Shown here: piece by piece, positions 19,860 to 27,703 of the stretch
Layout: each line of letters opens with the position of its first letter
Position numbering within the stretch: position 1 is the first letter of the stretch
Source of the DNA: Candidatus Nitrosoglobus terrae
GTDB lineage: Bacteria; Pseudomonadota; Gammaproteobacteria; Nitrosococcales; Nitrosococcaceae
Length of the DNA stretch: 32,000 bases
NCBI RefSeq assembly: GCF_002356115.1
Contig: NZ_AP014836.1
Span: 1,643,091 to 1,675,090 of the forward strand
Direction: 5' to 3'
Program-made: the position numbers and the translations under genes
The notes under the pieces: generated by a model
The model's database searches: none
What the model was told of the DNA's origin: nothing
Seen by the model: the letters and a program-made list of their open reading frames with translations, nothing else

Positions 19860-19934
19860 AAATAACATCCTTTCTAGTCTTAATGGGATTGGCATAAGAA
19901 TGCACTTAGTTAAGCTATAGCGCTGTAGAAAGGA

Positions 19935-19972
19935 ACCAACCCCTTGACCAAGAGGCTGGCCAAAGGGTTGGT
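19935..19972 (-). terminator. Strong hairpin downstream of amoB (candidate leaky intrinsic terminator or mRNA-stabilising stem)
   Basis: The minus-strand RNA ACCAACCCUUUGGCCA-GCCUCU-UGGUCAAGGGGUUGGU forms a 16-bp stem (two G.U pairs) with a 6-nt loop, followed by UCCUUUCU. It starts 95 nt after the amoB stop. Confidence 0.45.
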
Positions 19973-20067
19973 GTTTATTGATACAAACAGCCTATAGTTA
20001 ATATACGTTGCGCTATGTATTACATATAAAACACGCCCGTATATAGAAAATATACCATTTTAATCAA

Positions 20068-21336
20068 TTAAGCAAACGTTGGTATTAAAGGACCACCAAC
20101 CTCTATTATAGCCTCATTCCCATCAGGATCAACTAAAAACAGCAACCCACCAAAGCGGCTATCAGGATCATAGATAACATCAGCTAATCGCTGGACTTCC
20201 CAAGCCGCATCAGTACCTGTAATGTCGATTACCGCAGTTTCGCCTGGCCCTATATCCTGTTGGCTAACTTCTAAACCATCTGGTGCTAGCAATTCCTCTG
20301 GATACCCGTATTTATCTTTCGTTACTTTAGAGTTTAAGAAACGAACACCTCCAGTCTCAAATGAGCCTACAGAAAGAACCTTATCGCTATTATTCGTAAT
20401 CTCAACTTTAAACTTAATGGTTCGGCCAGGTACCCGATAGCCAGCGCTGATCACACGGCCTGTTACCTTCCCTTTATAAGGCATCTCTATCGACGCAATA
20501 TCACCTAGCAAACCAGCCTGTAGAGGGATAGTTATCGGAAATTCTGACTCAGAACTCTTATATCCATACATAATGATAACTAAGACACCAACTAAAACTG
20601 CCAAGCCAGCCTTCTTATCCGCCTCAGTAATTAGGCCTTCAGTATCACCTTCCTCTATTCTCATATAACGAGATAGGAATAGCGGACGACGTACCCACCA
20701 AACCATCCAGCTTAGGCCAATGATAAGCCAGAATAAATGCCAGCCAACAACAGTACCTAGATTCACATTTTCTAAATCTACAGTCTGCCCCGTTAAGGTT
20801 GTAACCTTATCTGTGAAATCTCGCTCATTACCTGTAATAGTTACCCATTTTCCAGGCCCAATTAGCGGACCACCACCCTCAACATTCATCATGGCATGAA
20901 TATGCCATTCTCCCACGCGTCGCGCTTTTAAGTCTACGTGAAAAGTGTAATCGCCACCCGTTTCAATACCAACGGAGCGGGGCACAAATACATCATTAAT
21001 ATAGGCAGCCGTTCTAACAAATACAGGTCCTGGCTGACCAATATTCAAAAAACTTACGCGAGGAAGCGATACCGCCTCAGGCCACTCGGAAAAAACATGG
21101 AACTTACCACTTAGACTATAAGTATCATTAATGGCTACTGAATCAGCAGACCACTTAAGATCATACCAATGGATTGTCCGCATCCGTAAAAACGCCGCCT
21201 GGGATTTCTCACCATGAGCTGCGGCTGTTGGCACGTAAAAGATACTTGATGCTATTGTTGCCGTAAACCCAATAGCAAGCCATTTTTTGACCTTATTCTT
21301 TATTACCTGTACATCTGCATCTTTCATGCTCTTCAT
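20068..21336 (-). CDS. amoB: Ammonia (copper membrane) monooxygenase subunit B
   Basis: The signal peptide ends TAAA|HGEKSQAAFLRMRT, giving the conserved N-terminal His. The H-x-H motif (EWHIHAMM) and the IHWYD and FHVF His residues of PmoB/AmoB are present, along with two TM helices and a C-terminal cupredoxin-like domain. The track start 21366 is TTG. ATG 21336 and ATG 21327 are alternatives, and 21327 has the better SD spacing (GGGAG 9 nt upstream). Confidence 0.9.
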   Translation of the reverse strand: MKSMKDADVQVIKNKVKKWLAIGFTATIASSIFYVPTAAAHGEKSQAAFLRMRTIHWYDLKWSADSVAINDTYSLSGKFHVFSEWPEAVSLPRVSFLNIGQPGPVFVRTAAYINDVFVPRSVGIETGGDYTFHVDLKARRVGEWHIHAMMNVEGGGPLIGPGKWVTITGNERDFTDKVTTLTGQTVDLENVNLGTVVGWHLFWLIIGLSWMVWWVRRPLFLSRYMRIEEGDTEGLITEADKKAGLAVLVGVLVIIMYGYKSSESEFPITIPLQAGLLGDIASIEMPYKGKVTGRVISAGYRVPGRTIKFKVEITNNSDKVLSVGSFETGGVRFLNSKVTKDKYGYPEELLAPDGLEVSQQDIGPGETAVIDITGTDAAWEVQRLADVIYDPDSRFGGLLFLVDPDGNEAIIEVGGPLIPTFA

Positions 21337-21375
21337 CTCCCTTCTGTTTAGAATTTTTATAATCAAAAGGTTTTT

Positions 21376-22119
21376 TTATATTGCGTCAGTATTATAGCTT
21401 CTAGTGAACCAACGACCTACAAAATACCAAGTGAAATATGTAACAATGCAGACGAAGCCAGAGAAGAATGCGGATACTGGGACAACATCCTTACCAAAGG
21501 ATCTTAGAGTACCCTTTTCTACCATCCGAATATACTCAGGATTACCGGTTCGGACATAATGAAAGCCCATAACATCGGCAAGCGACATTACATTACCATT
21601 ATATTCCACAGGAACATGCATCTGAGCAATTAATGGCCAGTTTGCTGGATATAAAAGCAGGCCGTAGAACATGCCTCCTACTATTGCAGTTACCGCATAG
21701 CTCTTGAAAACCTGCATTGTGGCATCTAGTATCAAGGCTAAAGGTAGCAATACAGTGGGGAACACGAAGGCCACTGGGAAATACGTAAATAAATGGAAAT
21801 TAAAATAGCGATTAGCCCATGTACCGAATAGCAGCCCAAGGGTTACTAAAGTAGCCCCAAATGGGAGCCGGAATTTTTCCCACAGGAATGCTTGCATGGC
21901 TGCTGGATAACAAATTGATACAATAGGCATTACAGTAACCCAGTAGCGGCGATCTTTCCAGTCAATCCAAAAATCCCAGTCACCTGCTAGCAGCATAAAG
22001 TGAACATGATAGGATGCTAAGAAAATGAAGAAGAAAGCTCCTAGTGCTAGGAAATCTAGCGTCCTAGAGATTTTAGCAGCTTCTTCTGGTGTACGAACTG
22101 CAGACGCAAATGCGTTCAT
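21376..22119 (-). CDS. amoA: Ammonia (copper membrane) monooxygenase subunit A
   Basis: 247 aa. SAVRTPEEAAK...GDWDFWIDWKDRRYWVTV...WEKFRLPFGATL...NRYFNF is unmistakably AmoA/PmoA. By recollection the N-terminus resembles gammaproteobacterial AOB AmoA more than methanotroph PmoA. A strong SD (AGGAGGG) lies 6 nt upstream. Confidence 0.93.
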   Translation of the reverse strand: MNAFASAVRTPEEAAKISRTLDFLALGAFFFIFLASYHVHFMLLAGDWDFWIDWKDRRYWVTVMPIVSICYPAAMQAFLWEKFRLPFGATLVTLGLLFGTWANRYFNFHLFTYFPVAFVFPTVLLPLALILDATMQVFKSYAVTAIVGGMFYGLLLYPANWPLIAQMHVPVEYNGNVMSLADVMGFHYVRTGNPEYIRMVEKGTLRSFGKDVVPVSAFFSGFVCIVTYFTWYFVGRWFTRSYNTDAI

Positions 22120-22190
22120 CTCTGCCCTCCTGGTTATAGACTTCTAAAATTCAAGTCTATTTATGGTTATTTATTATATAATATAGAGTA

Positions 22191-22246
22191 CAAAAAATGG
22201 CAGCCACAATAACCCTATTTAGGTTAATCTGATTAATGTAGCTGCC
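22191..22246 (-). terminator. Terminator-like stem plus U6 tract in the amoC-amoA spacer
   Basis: In the minus-strand RNA, GGCAGCUACA pairs with UGUGGCUGCC (10 bp, one G.U). The stem encloses a 28-nt loop that can form two small sub-hairpins and is followed directly by AUUUUUUG. It begins 44 nt after the amoC stop. The large loop lowers confidence. Confidence 0.4.
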
Positions 22247-22289
22247 TTCACACACAACACAATCAATTCAATTAATATATTACTATTTA

Positions 22290-23072
22290 TTACCGAGCAT
22301 AATCAGCGCTTTGTTGGAATTCTCTTCCGATCAGCTCCCGAATGCGAGGCTGAACTTGCATGAATACGCCGAACATTGCAAGAATAAACCAAGCAAAGAA
22401 CACAAACCCCCAGTGCAATGGAGCTACAAACAACTCCTCCATGAACCAGAAGGTATGTCCCCACTCATTCAAGCCGACATTAGGGAAGATCATGAAGGGT
22501 CCCATTGTCAACATTAAATACGATACAGACCAGCTTTTAGCAAAATAAGGAATCCGAGTCTTAGCGTAAGCAAATGATCCCAACCCCACCATTACATAGA
22601 TTGGGTAGCTCATATAGAACTCAATAATATGGCTCGGGGTAAAATCAGTATCACGAATAACGGTCTGATGCCATGCGCCATCTTGCTCAGTGAAGAAGCT
22701 AGCACCCCAAAATAAACCAATACCATAAATTACCCACCACATATATAGGGTACAGTAGCGGCGTAATTCCTCACGAGGGGCAACTCTATCTATATCCCGA
22801 TCACGAGTTTTCCACAGGTAGGTAAGCAGGGCAGCAAGTGACCCAAACTCTATAACTAATTCAGCATACAGCAAATTCATCCAATATGTTTCAAACTCTG
22901 GTGCAAAGGAATCCAAGCCATACTTCCAGCCATAAACCCCTTCATACCAACGTACGCCAATATAGAAAACAAAAAACCCTGCTGCTGCTAACCACATCCC
23001 GCTCCATGCGAAAAGAGGTTCATCTACAACCTGCGCGTGCCCTCTCGCTATAGCTCTACTTGTTGCGGCCAT
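22290..23072 (-). CDS. amoC: Ammonia (copper membrane) monooxygenase subunit C
   Basis: 260 aa with conserved AmoC/PmoC blocks WYEGVYGWKYGLDSFAPEFETYWMN, IRDTDFTPSHIIEFY and NEWGHTFWFMEE. SD GGAGG lies 8-9 nt upstream. Confidence 0.93.
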   Translation of the reverse strand: MAATSRAIARGHAQVVDEPLFAWSGMWLAAAGFFVFYIGVRWYEGVYGWKYGLDSFAPEFETYWMNLLYAELVIEFGSLAALLTYLWKTRDRDIDRVAPREELRRYCTLYMWWVIYGIGLFWGASFFTEQDGAWHQTVIRDTDFTPSHIIEFYMSYPIYVMVGLGSFAYAKTRIPYFAKSWSVSYLMLTMGPFMIFPNVGLNEWGHTFWFMEELFVAPLHWGFVFFAWFILAMFGVFMQVQPRIRELIGREFQQSADYAR

Positions 23073-23132
23073 TTTAGTAGCCTCCTATTTGAATGAAACT
23101 AGACAACATGAGCAAACTTATCCGGCTAAACT

Positions 23133-23146
23133 ACTATAATTATAGT
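23133..23146. repeat. 14-bp perfect palindrome ACTATAATTATAGT in the amoC leader (function unknown)
   Basis: Read directly from the sequence. It lies about 60 nt upstream of the amoC ATG. The loop would be too short for a stable RNA hairpin, so a dimeric protein site is more likely if it is functional. Confidence 0.45.
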
Positions 23147-23257
23147 GTAAGCTCTTAGTGCTCACTCCTCTCTAAAACATACACTCTCGTTTAAATATTT
23201 TTTTTGAAAGTGTATCAAGATCCTTATATTTAATTAGTGCAAATCCCTTACTCCTTC

Positions 23258-23285
23258 AGTGTAGCACTCCTATAAAGCGTGTCAA
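23258..23285 (-). promoter_or_regulatory. Candidate sigma70 promoter for amoC
   Basis: The minus strand reads TTGACA-CGCTTTATAGGAGTGC-TACACT: a perfect -35, a 16-nt spacer and a 4/6 -10. This would give a leader of about 180 nt before the amoC ATG. Found by inspection only. Confidence 0.35.
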
Positions 23286-23458
23286 GTTATTAACCTAAAT
23301 TCAGTAGCTACCTCGCTCTTGTAAGCGCCGTACACCTAAAAAATCTATTTTTTTATTAGATTGCTCTGCATACCTAATCGTTTTTCTCTTAAATTTACGA
23401 TAAGTATTAGTGTTGTTATGCTATAGGGATGGATTAGAATTTCACAGGATTTTTACCT

Positions 23459-24310
23459 ATGCCTATACTTGTTCTTCAAGGGCCCGGACTAACACTAGAT
23501 ATAGCCCATCAAATTGCCCAGCAAACAAACAGTCATTTTGATTCAAAAGAACCTCAATTTTATGGGTATCGGCTCCATAATGAACAGCCTCTTAGCTCAA
23601 AGACTCTGGCTATATTAAGCAGTACCTATAAAGATATTGATATCAATTTTCTTCCTCAAGATTATGATCCTGATCAGGTACAGCTATTTGTAACAGATAT
23701 GGACTCTACTCTGATTAATATTGAGTGTATTGATGAGATTGCAGCTTATATTAACCAAAAAGCAAGAGTCAGCGCCATCACCGCTGCTGCTATGCGAGGG
23801 GAAACTAGCTTTGAATCCTCCCTTATTCAAAGAGTAAAACTATTGGCCAATACACCCGTTAGTATTCTTACTGAGGTTTATGATAAACGGCTTCTCATCA
23901 ACCCAGGCGGAAAAGATTTGTTGGCTGCTCTTAAACAACGAGGAATTAAAATCGCTTTAGTCTCTGGAGGATTTACTTATTTTACGGAACGTCTACAGCT
24001 AAAATACAGTATAGATTATACGCTTGCAAATCAGTTGGAAATAAAAGATGGCCACCTTACCGGCAATATCATTAGCAAGATTGTGGATGCTACCGCTAAA
24101 GCAAAATTTCTACTTAGATTGTGCCAGAATCTGAACATTAAACCTAGTCAAGTAATCGCTATTGGGGATGGAGCTAATGATTTAGAGATGTTAGCAGCTG
24201 CTGGTCTTAGCATAGCCTATCGCGCTAAACCTAGGGTACGTTCACAAGCTCAGATAACACTTGACTATAGCGGCTTAGAAGGAGTACTCGCCTTTTTACC
24301 TGCTAGCTAG
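23459..24310 (+). CDS. serB: Phosphoserine phosphatase (HAD superfamily) with N-terminal ACT-like extension
   Basis: 283 aa with HAD motifs FVTDMDSTLI, LVSGGF and GDGANDL. The overall length and order match SerB. Confidence 0.9.
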   Translation: MPILVLQGPGLTLDIAHQIAQQTNSHFDSKEPQFYGYRLHNEQPLSSKTLAILSSTYKDIDINFLPQDYDPDQVQLFVTDMDSTLINIECIDEIAAYINQKARVSAITAAAMRGETSFESSLIQRVKLLANTPVSILTEVYDKRLLINPGGKDLLAALKQRGIKIALVSGGFTYFTERLQLKYSIDYTLANQLEIKDGHLTGNIISKIVDATAKAKFLLRLCQNLNIKPSQVIAIGDGANDLEMLAAAGLSIAYRAKPRVRSQAQITLDYSGLEGVLAFLPAS

Positions 24311-24584
24311 CGTTAACCTCTACTTATTAAGTATAGAAAGGGATCTTTAAATCAAAGATAACCTTGAAAGGGTTATTAGTATAATTACTCTTCTCTTCTT
24401 CAAGTTTATTCGGCTGGTTAACATATTTTTTACAATTTAAATAAACCCTAAGCTTTATTTTTTATTATTATCAGCTGATGCCATGGGTAGAAGTAGCGCT
24501 TAGCCTATTTACTTTTCTGTGCCCCATTTCCCCCCATGGCTTCATCCACTCTTAAATTTAATAAATCAATTTAAGAATTAGCCC

Positions 24585-24698
24585 TTAGTCTTTCATAACC
24601 CATTGAACAAAATAATAAATCCCTGCAATAAGCGCTACAGTGACAACGATCCCAACAGGAGTAAACATTTTATCGGTTAATTCAAGTATTGCACCCAT
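24585..24698 (-). CDS. Candidate 37-aa single-pass membrane protein (unannotated small ORF)
   Basis: Hand translation gives MGAILELTDKMFTPVGIVVTVALIAGIYYFVQWVMKD followed by a stop. A good SD (AAAGGAG) lies about 9 nt upstream of the ATG at 24698. The product has one hydrophobic helix flanked by charged ends. It is too short for the ORF track and is the only coding candidate in a 630-bp gap. Confidence 0.4.
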   Translation of the reverse strand: MGAILELTDKMFTPVGIVVTVALIAGIYYFVQWVMKD

Positions 24699-24942
24699 CT
24701 TATATATCTCCTTTCAATTAAATATTATTTTACACTCAAATACTTCAGCCTAAACGGCAATTAAAGTTAAGCAGTATAAAGATAATTATGCCCTATAGCA
24801 AGATTAAAATCCTTAATGAAAACTCTACAATCTTGCTACAATCAATTTTGGAAAGACTTAGTGCTAGAATTAACGCGCATCCCTATGTTATAGCTATTAT
24901 TATTTACTGATTTTTAAGATCACTCGATAGCCTTACCTAAGA

Positions 24943-25428
24943 CTAACCAGTAAGATATAAAGCAAGCAATAGTGCATCTTCCCGTCCTTTACGTGCTGGA
25001 TAGTAACCTCTGCGGATACCCACCTCATTAAACCCAAATTTATGATAAAGGCATAGCGCTCGGTAATTAGAAGGGCGCACCTCAAGAAAAATTACATCTG
25101 CGCCTAGCTTGCTGGAAATTTTTAAGAGATGATGTAGAATGTAGCGGCCACATCCTTGATGCTGATAATCTGGATGGACACAAATATTAAGTATATGCGC
25201 CTCGCTAGCCTTTACGGCGACAACTCCATAACCGTAAATTTTATCCCTTCGTCCATAAACCCACGCCTCATAGCCAGCATACAAGCAATCAACAAAAGTA
25301 CCATAAGTCCAAGGTGAAATACTGGTTGCCTGCTCAATAGCCGAGACTCTCTCTAAATCAGTTTCTCTCATAGGTCGAGGTGAAAATCCTCGTAGTCTAT
25401 TTAACAAGTTCTGAAACAATTTCCACAC
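24943..25428 (-). CDS. rimI: Ribosomal-protein-alanine N-acetyltransferase (GNAT)
   Basis: The GNAT acetyl-CoA motif is VHPDYQHQGCGRYIL, and the C-terminal YYPARKGREDALLLAL closely parallels E. coli RimI. The track start 25428 is GTG with AGAGGA upstream. ATG 25371 (MRETDLERV) aligns better with the E. coli N-terminus. Confidence 0.85.
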   Translation of the reverse strand: MWKLFQNLLNRLRGFSPRPMRETDLERVSAIEQATSISPWTYGTFVDCLYAGYEAWVYGRRDKIYGYGVVAVKASEAHILNICVHPDYQHQGCGRYILHHLLKISSKLGADVIFLEVRPSNYRALCLYHKFGFNEVGIRRGYYPARKGREDALLLALYLTG

Positions 25429-25461
25429 TTTCCTCTATAATAAATACGACAGACAGTCACA

Positions 25462-26163
25462 TCAAACTTCATGATACGTCTTCACAGCCAGCTGTAAATC
25501 CTGCCAAGCTTTCTGTTTTTCCCGAGGCGATCGCAATAGATAGGCGGGATGGTATGTTACGATTAAAGGAATAGCAGTATCAGAATATTGATGTACCTTT
25601 CCCCGTAGATCTTTTAGAGTCTCTGAAGTCTTAAGAAGATTTTGCGCAGCTACTCGCCCTAATGCCAAGATAATACGAGGTCGCAGCAAAAGTATCTGAT
25701 CTATAAAATGAATTTTACAGCTAGCTACTTCTTCCGGTAATGGATCTCTGTTGTTGGGTGGCCGGCATTTAAGGATATTAGCGATATAGACTTGAGATCG
25801 CTGGATTTCTAATGCTTTTAGCATAGCATCAAGTAGTTTCCCAGCGCGACCCACAAAAGGCTCCCCTTGGCGATCTTCATCAGCTCCTGGTGCCTCTCCT
25901 ACGATCAACCACTTTGCTTCTTGATCGCCGGTACCGAATACAGTTTGAGTCCGAGTCTGGTGCAGAGAACAGGCTGTACAATGGGCTACCCGGGCGATTA
26001 ACTTTTCCCATTTTTCTGCAGAAAAATGATGAGTCAATACCTCAGTGGAAATAGCTGTTGCTATTTCCACTGTCGAAGTCTTTGTAACTATTGCTGCAAT
26101 TTCGCGTCGCTGCCAAACTTGGATCTCCATCACCCCTAAATAACGTAAATAACGCGGATCCAT
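25462..26163 (-). CDS. Uracil-DNA glycosylase, family 4 (4Fe-4S type) with N-terminal extension
   Basis: 233 aa. The family-4 motif is GEAPGADEDRQGEPFVGRAGKLL, and the Cys ligands are CTAC...C (LKCRPP)...C (ASCK). The C-terminal block is TYHPAYLLR. Confidence 0.88.
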   Translation of the reverse strand: MDPRYLRYLGVMEIQVWQRREIAAIVTKTSTVEIATAISTEVLTHHFSAEKWEKLIARVAHCTACSLHQTRTQTVFGTGDQEAKWLIVGEAPGADEDRQGEPFVGRAGKLLDAMLKALEIQRSQVYIANILKCRPPNNRDPLPEEVASCKIHFIDQILLLRPRIILALGRVAAQNLLKTSETLKDLRGKVHQYSDTAIPLIVTYHPAYLLRSPREKQKAWQDLQLAVKTYHEV

Positions 26164-26167
26164 AAAT

Positions 26168-27703
26168 TTAAACTTGCGGGTAAGCGCGCTCTATAGGGTT
26201 TAGAATCTTATTGCAGGCATTGACATAGGCTTTTGCAGAGGCAATTACAATATCTGTATCTGCTCCTTGCCCATTTGCAATACGCCCTTCTTTCTTTAAT
26301 CGAACTGTTACCTCTCCTTGGGAATCTGTACCGCTGGTGATATTATTAACCGAGTAAAGCAGCAACTCAGTATCTTCCTGAAGAATAAAGTCAATAGCTT
26401 TATAAGCAGCATCCACCGGCCCACTACCCGTAGCAGCTGCTTGTCGCTCTATACCATCAACGCTTAGCACTACTGAAGCTGTTGAAATCTCTCCTGTTTC
26501 CGAGGTGGTTTTAAGCCATAAAAGCTTAAAACGCTCATTTTCAATCATTAAATTGGCATCAGTGATTAAAGCCTGAAGATCCTCATCATAGATTTCATGC
26601 TTTTTATCCGCTAGCTCCTTAAATCGTTGAAAAGTAACATTTAACTCCTCTTCTGTCTCAAACTCAATCCCAAGCCCCTGCAGATGAGTTCGAAAAGCAT
26701 TACGTCCAGAATGTTTGCCCAAAATCATACGATTAGCATGCCAACCTACATCTTCAGCGCGCATAATTTCATAGGTCTGACGCTCTTTTAGGACTCCATC
26801 TTGATGAATACCAGACTCATGAGCAAAGGCATTAACTCCTACAATTGCTTTGTTTGGCTGGACAGGGAAACCCGTAATTCCGGAGACCAAACGGGAAGTT
26901 GGAACAATCTGTGTAGTATCAATATTTGTATCACAAAGAAATAAATCTTGGCGAGTACGAACAGCCATCACTATCTCTTCAAGAGCAGCATTACCTGCGC
27001 GCTCTCCAAGGCCATTGATAGTACATTCGATTTGGCGAGCACCATTTATAACTGCCGCAAGAGAATTAGCTACTGCTAAGCCAAGATCGTTATGACAATG
27101 AACTGAGAATATGGCCTTATCTGAATTGGGTACTCGTTCAAGTAGCGTGCGAATAAGCTGGCCAAACTGGTCTGGAAGATTGTAACCAACAGTATCAGGA
27201 ATATTAACAGTACTGGCACCCGCAGCAATGACCGCTTCAAGTACTTGGCATAGAAACTCAACCTCAGAGCGCCCAGCATCTTCAGGAGAAAATTCTATAT
27301 CATCAGTATATTTTCTTGCCCGCTGTACAGCCTTAACCGCATACTCTAAGACTTGATCGGGTGTCATGCGAAGCTTGGCTCTCATATGGATAGGTGAGGT
27401 AGCAATAAAGGTATGAATACGTGCAGAACTAGCTTTTGCTAAAGCCTCCCCAGCACGATCAATATCTGCTTTTAGCGCCCGGGCTAGTCCACACACTGTG
27501 CTTTCACGCACTGTTTTAGCTACCGCTTGTACTGCATCAAAATCACCTTGGCTGGCTACAGGAAAGCCCGCCTCAATAACATCCACCCCCATCCGCTCTA
27601 ACGCTTTGGCAATACGCACCTTTTCGTCTCGAGTCATAGAAGCCCCTGGACTTTGCTCACCATCCCGCAAAGTAGTATCAAAAATAATTAATTTATCTTT
27701 CAT
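26168..27703 (-). CDS. leuA: 2-isopropylmalate synthase
   Basis: 511 aa with [26 protein letters not shown] and HESGIHQDG, plus the C-terminal LeuA dimerisation/regulatory domain. Confidence 0.96.
   Translation of the reverse strand: MKDKLIIFDTTLRDGEQSPGASMTRDEKVRIAKALERMGVDVIEAGFPVASQGDFDAVQAVAKTVRESTVCGLARALKADIDRAGEALAKASSARIHTFIATSPIHMRAKLRMTPDQVLEYAVKAVQRARKYTDDIEFSPEDAGRSEVEFLCQVLEAVIAAGASTVNIPDTVGYNLPDQFGQLIRTLLERVPNSDKAIFSVHCHNDLGLAVANSLAAVINGARQIECTINGLGERAGNAALEEIVMAVRTRQDLFLCDTNIDTTQIVPTSRLVSGITGFPVQPNKAIVGVNAFAHESGIHQDGVLKERQTYEIMRAEDVGWHANRMILGKHSGRNAFRTHLQGLGIEFETEEELNVTFQRFKELADKKHEIYDEDLQALITDANLMIENERFKLLWLKTTSETGEISTASVVLSVDGIERQAAATGSGPVDAAYKAIDFILQEDTELLLYSVNNITSGTDSQGEVTVRLKKEGRIANGQGADTDIVIASAKAYVNACNKILNPIERAYPQV

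Noticed and set aside
19269-19895. Calling this ORF a canonical PmoD/AmoD CuA protein.
   Set aside because: As I remember it, the defining motif is C-x7-M-x-H, and it is not present. I keep only a positional and architectural AmoD-like call with reduced confidence.
23073-23458. An amoR-like small gene upstream of amoC, as in Nitrosococcus oceani.
   Set aside because: I scanned every ATG on both strands of the spacer. The longest ORFs are 8-16 codons with no SD, so I make no amoR call.
24312-24422. GTTAACC (24312-24318) / GGTTAAC (24416-24422) inverted 7-mers followed by ATATTTTTT after serB, considered as a large structured terminator or sRNA.
   Set aside because: A 7-bp stem enclosing about 100 nt is not a credible intrinsic terminator, and the small local stem ATAACC/GGTTAT (24358-24376) is also weak. 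I left this as part of the gap finding rather than as a feature.
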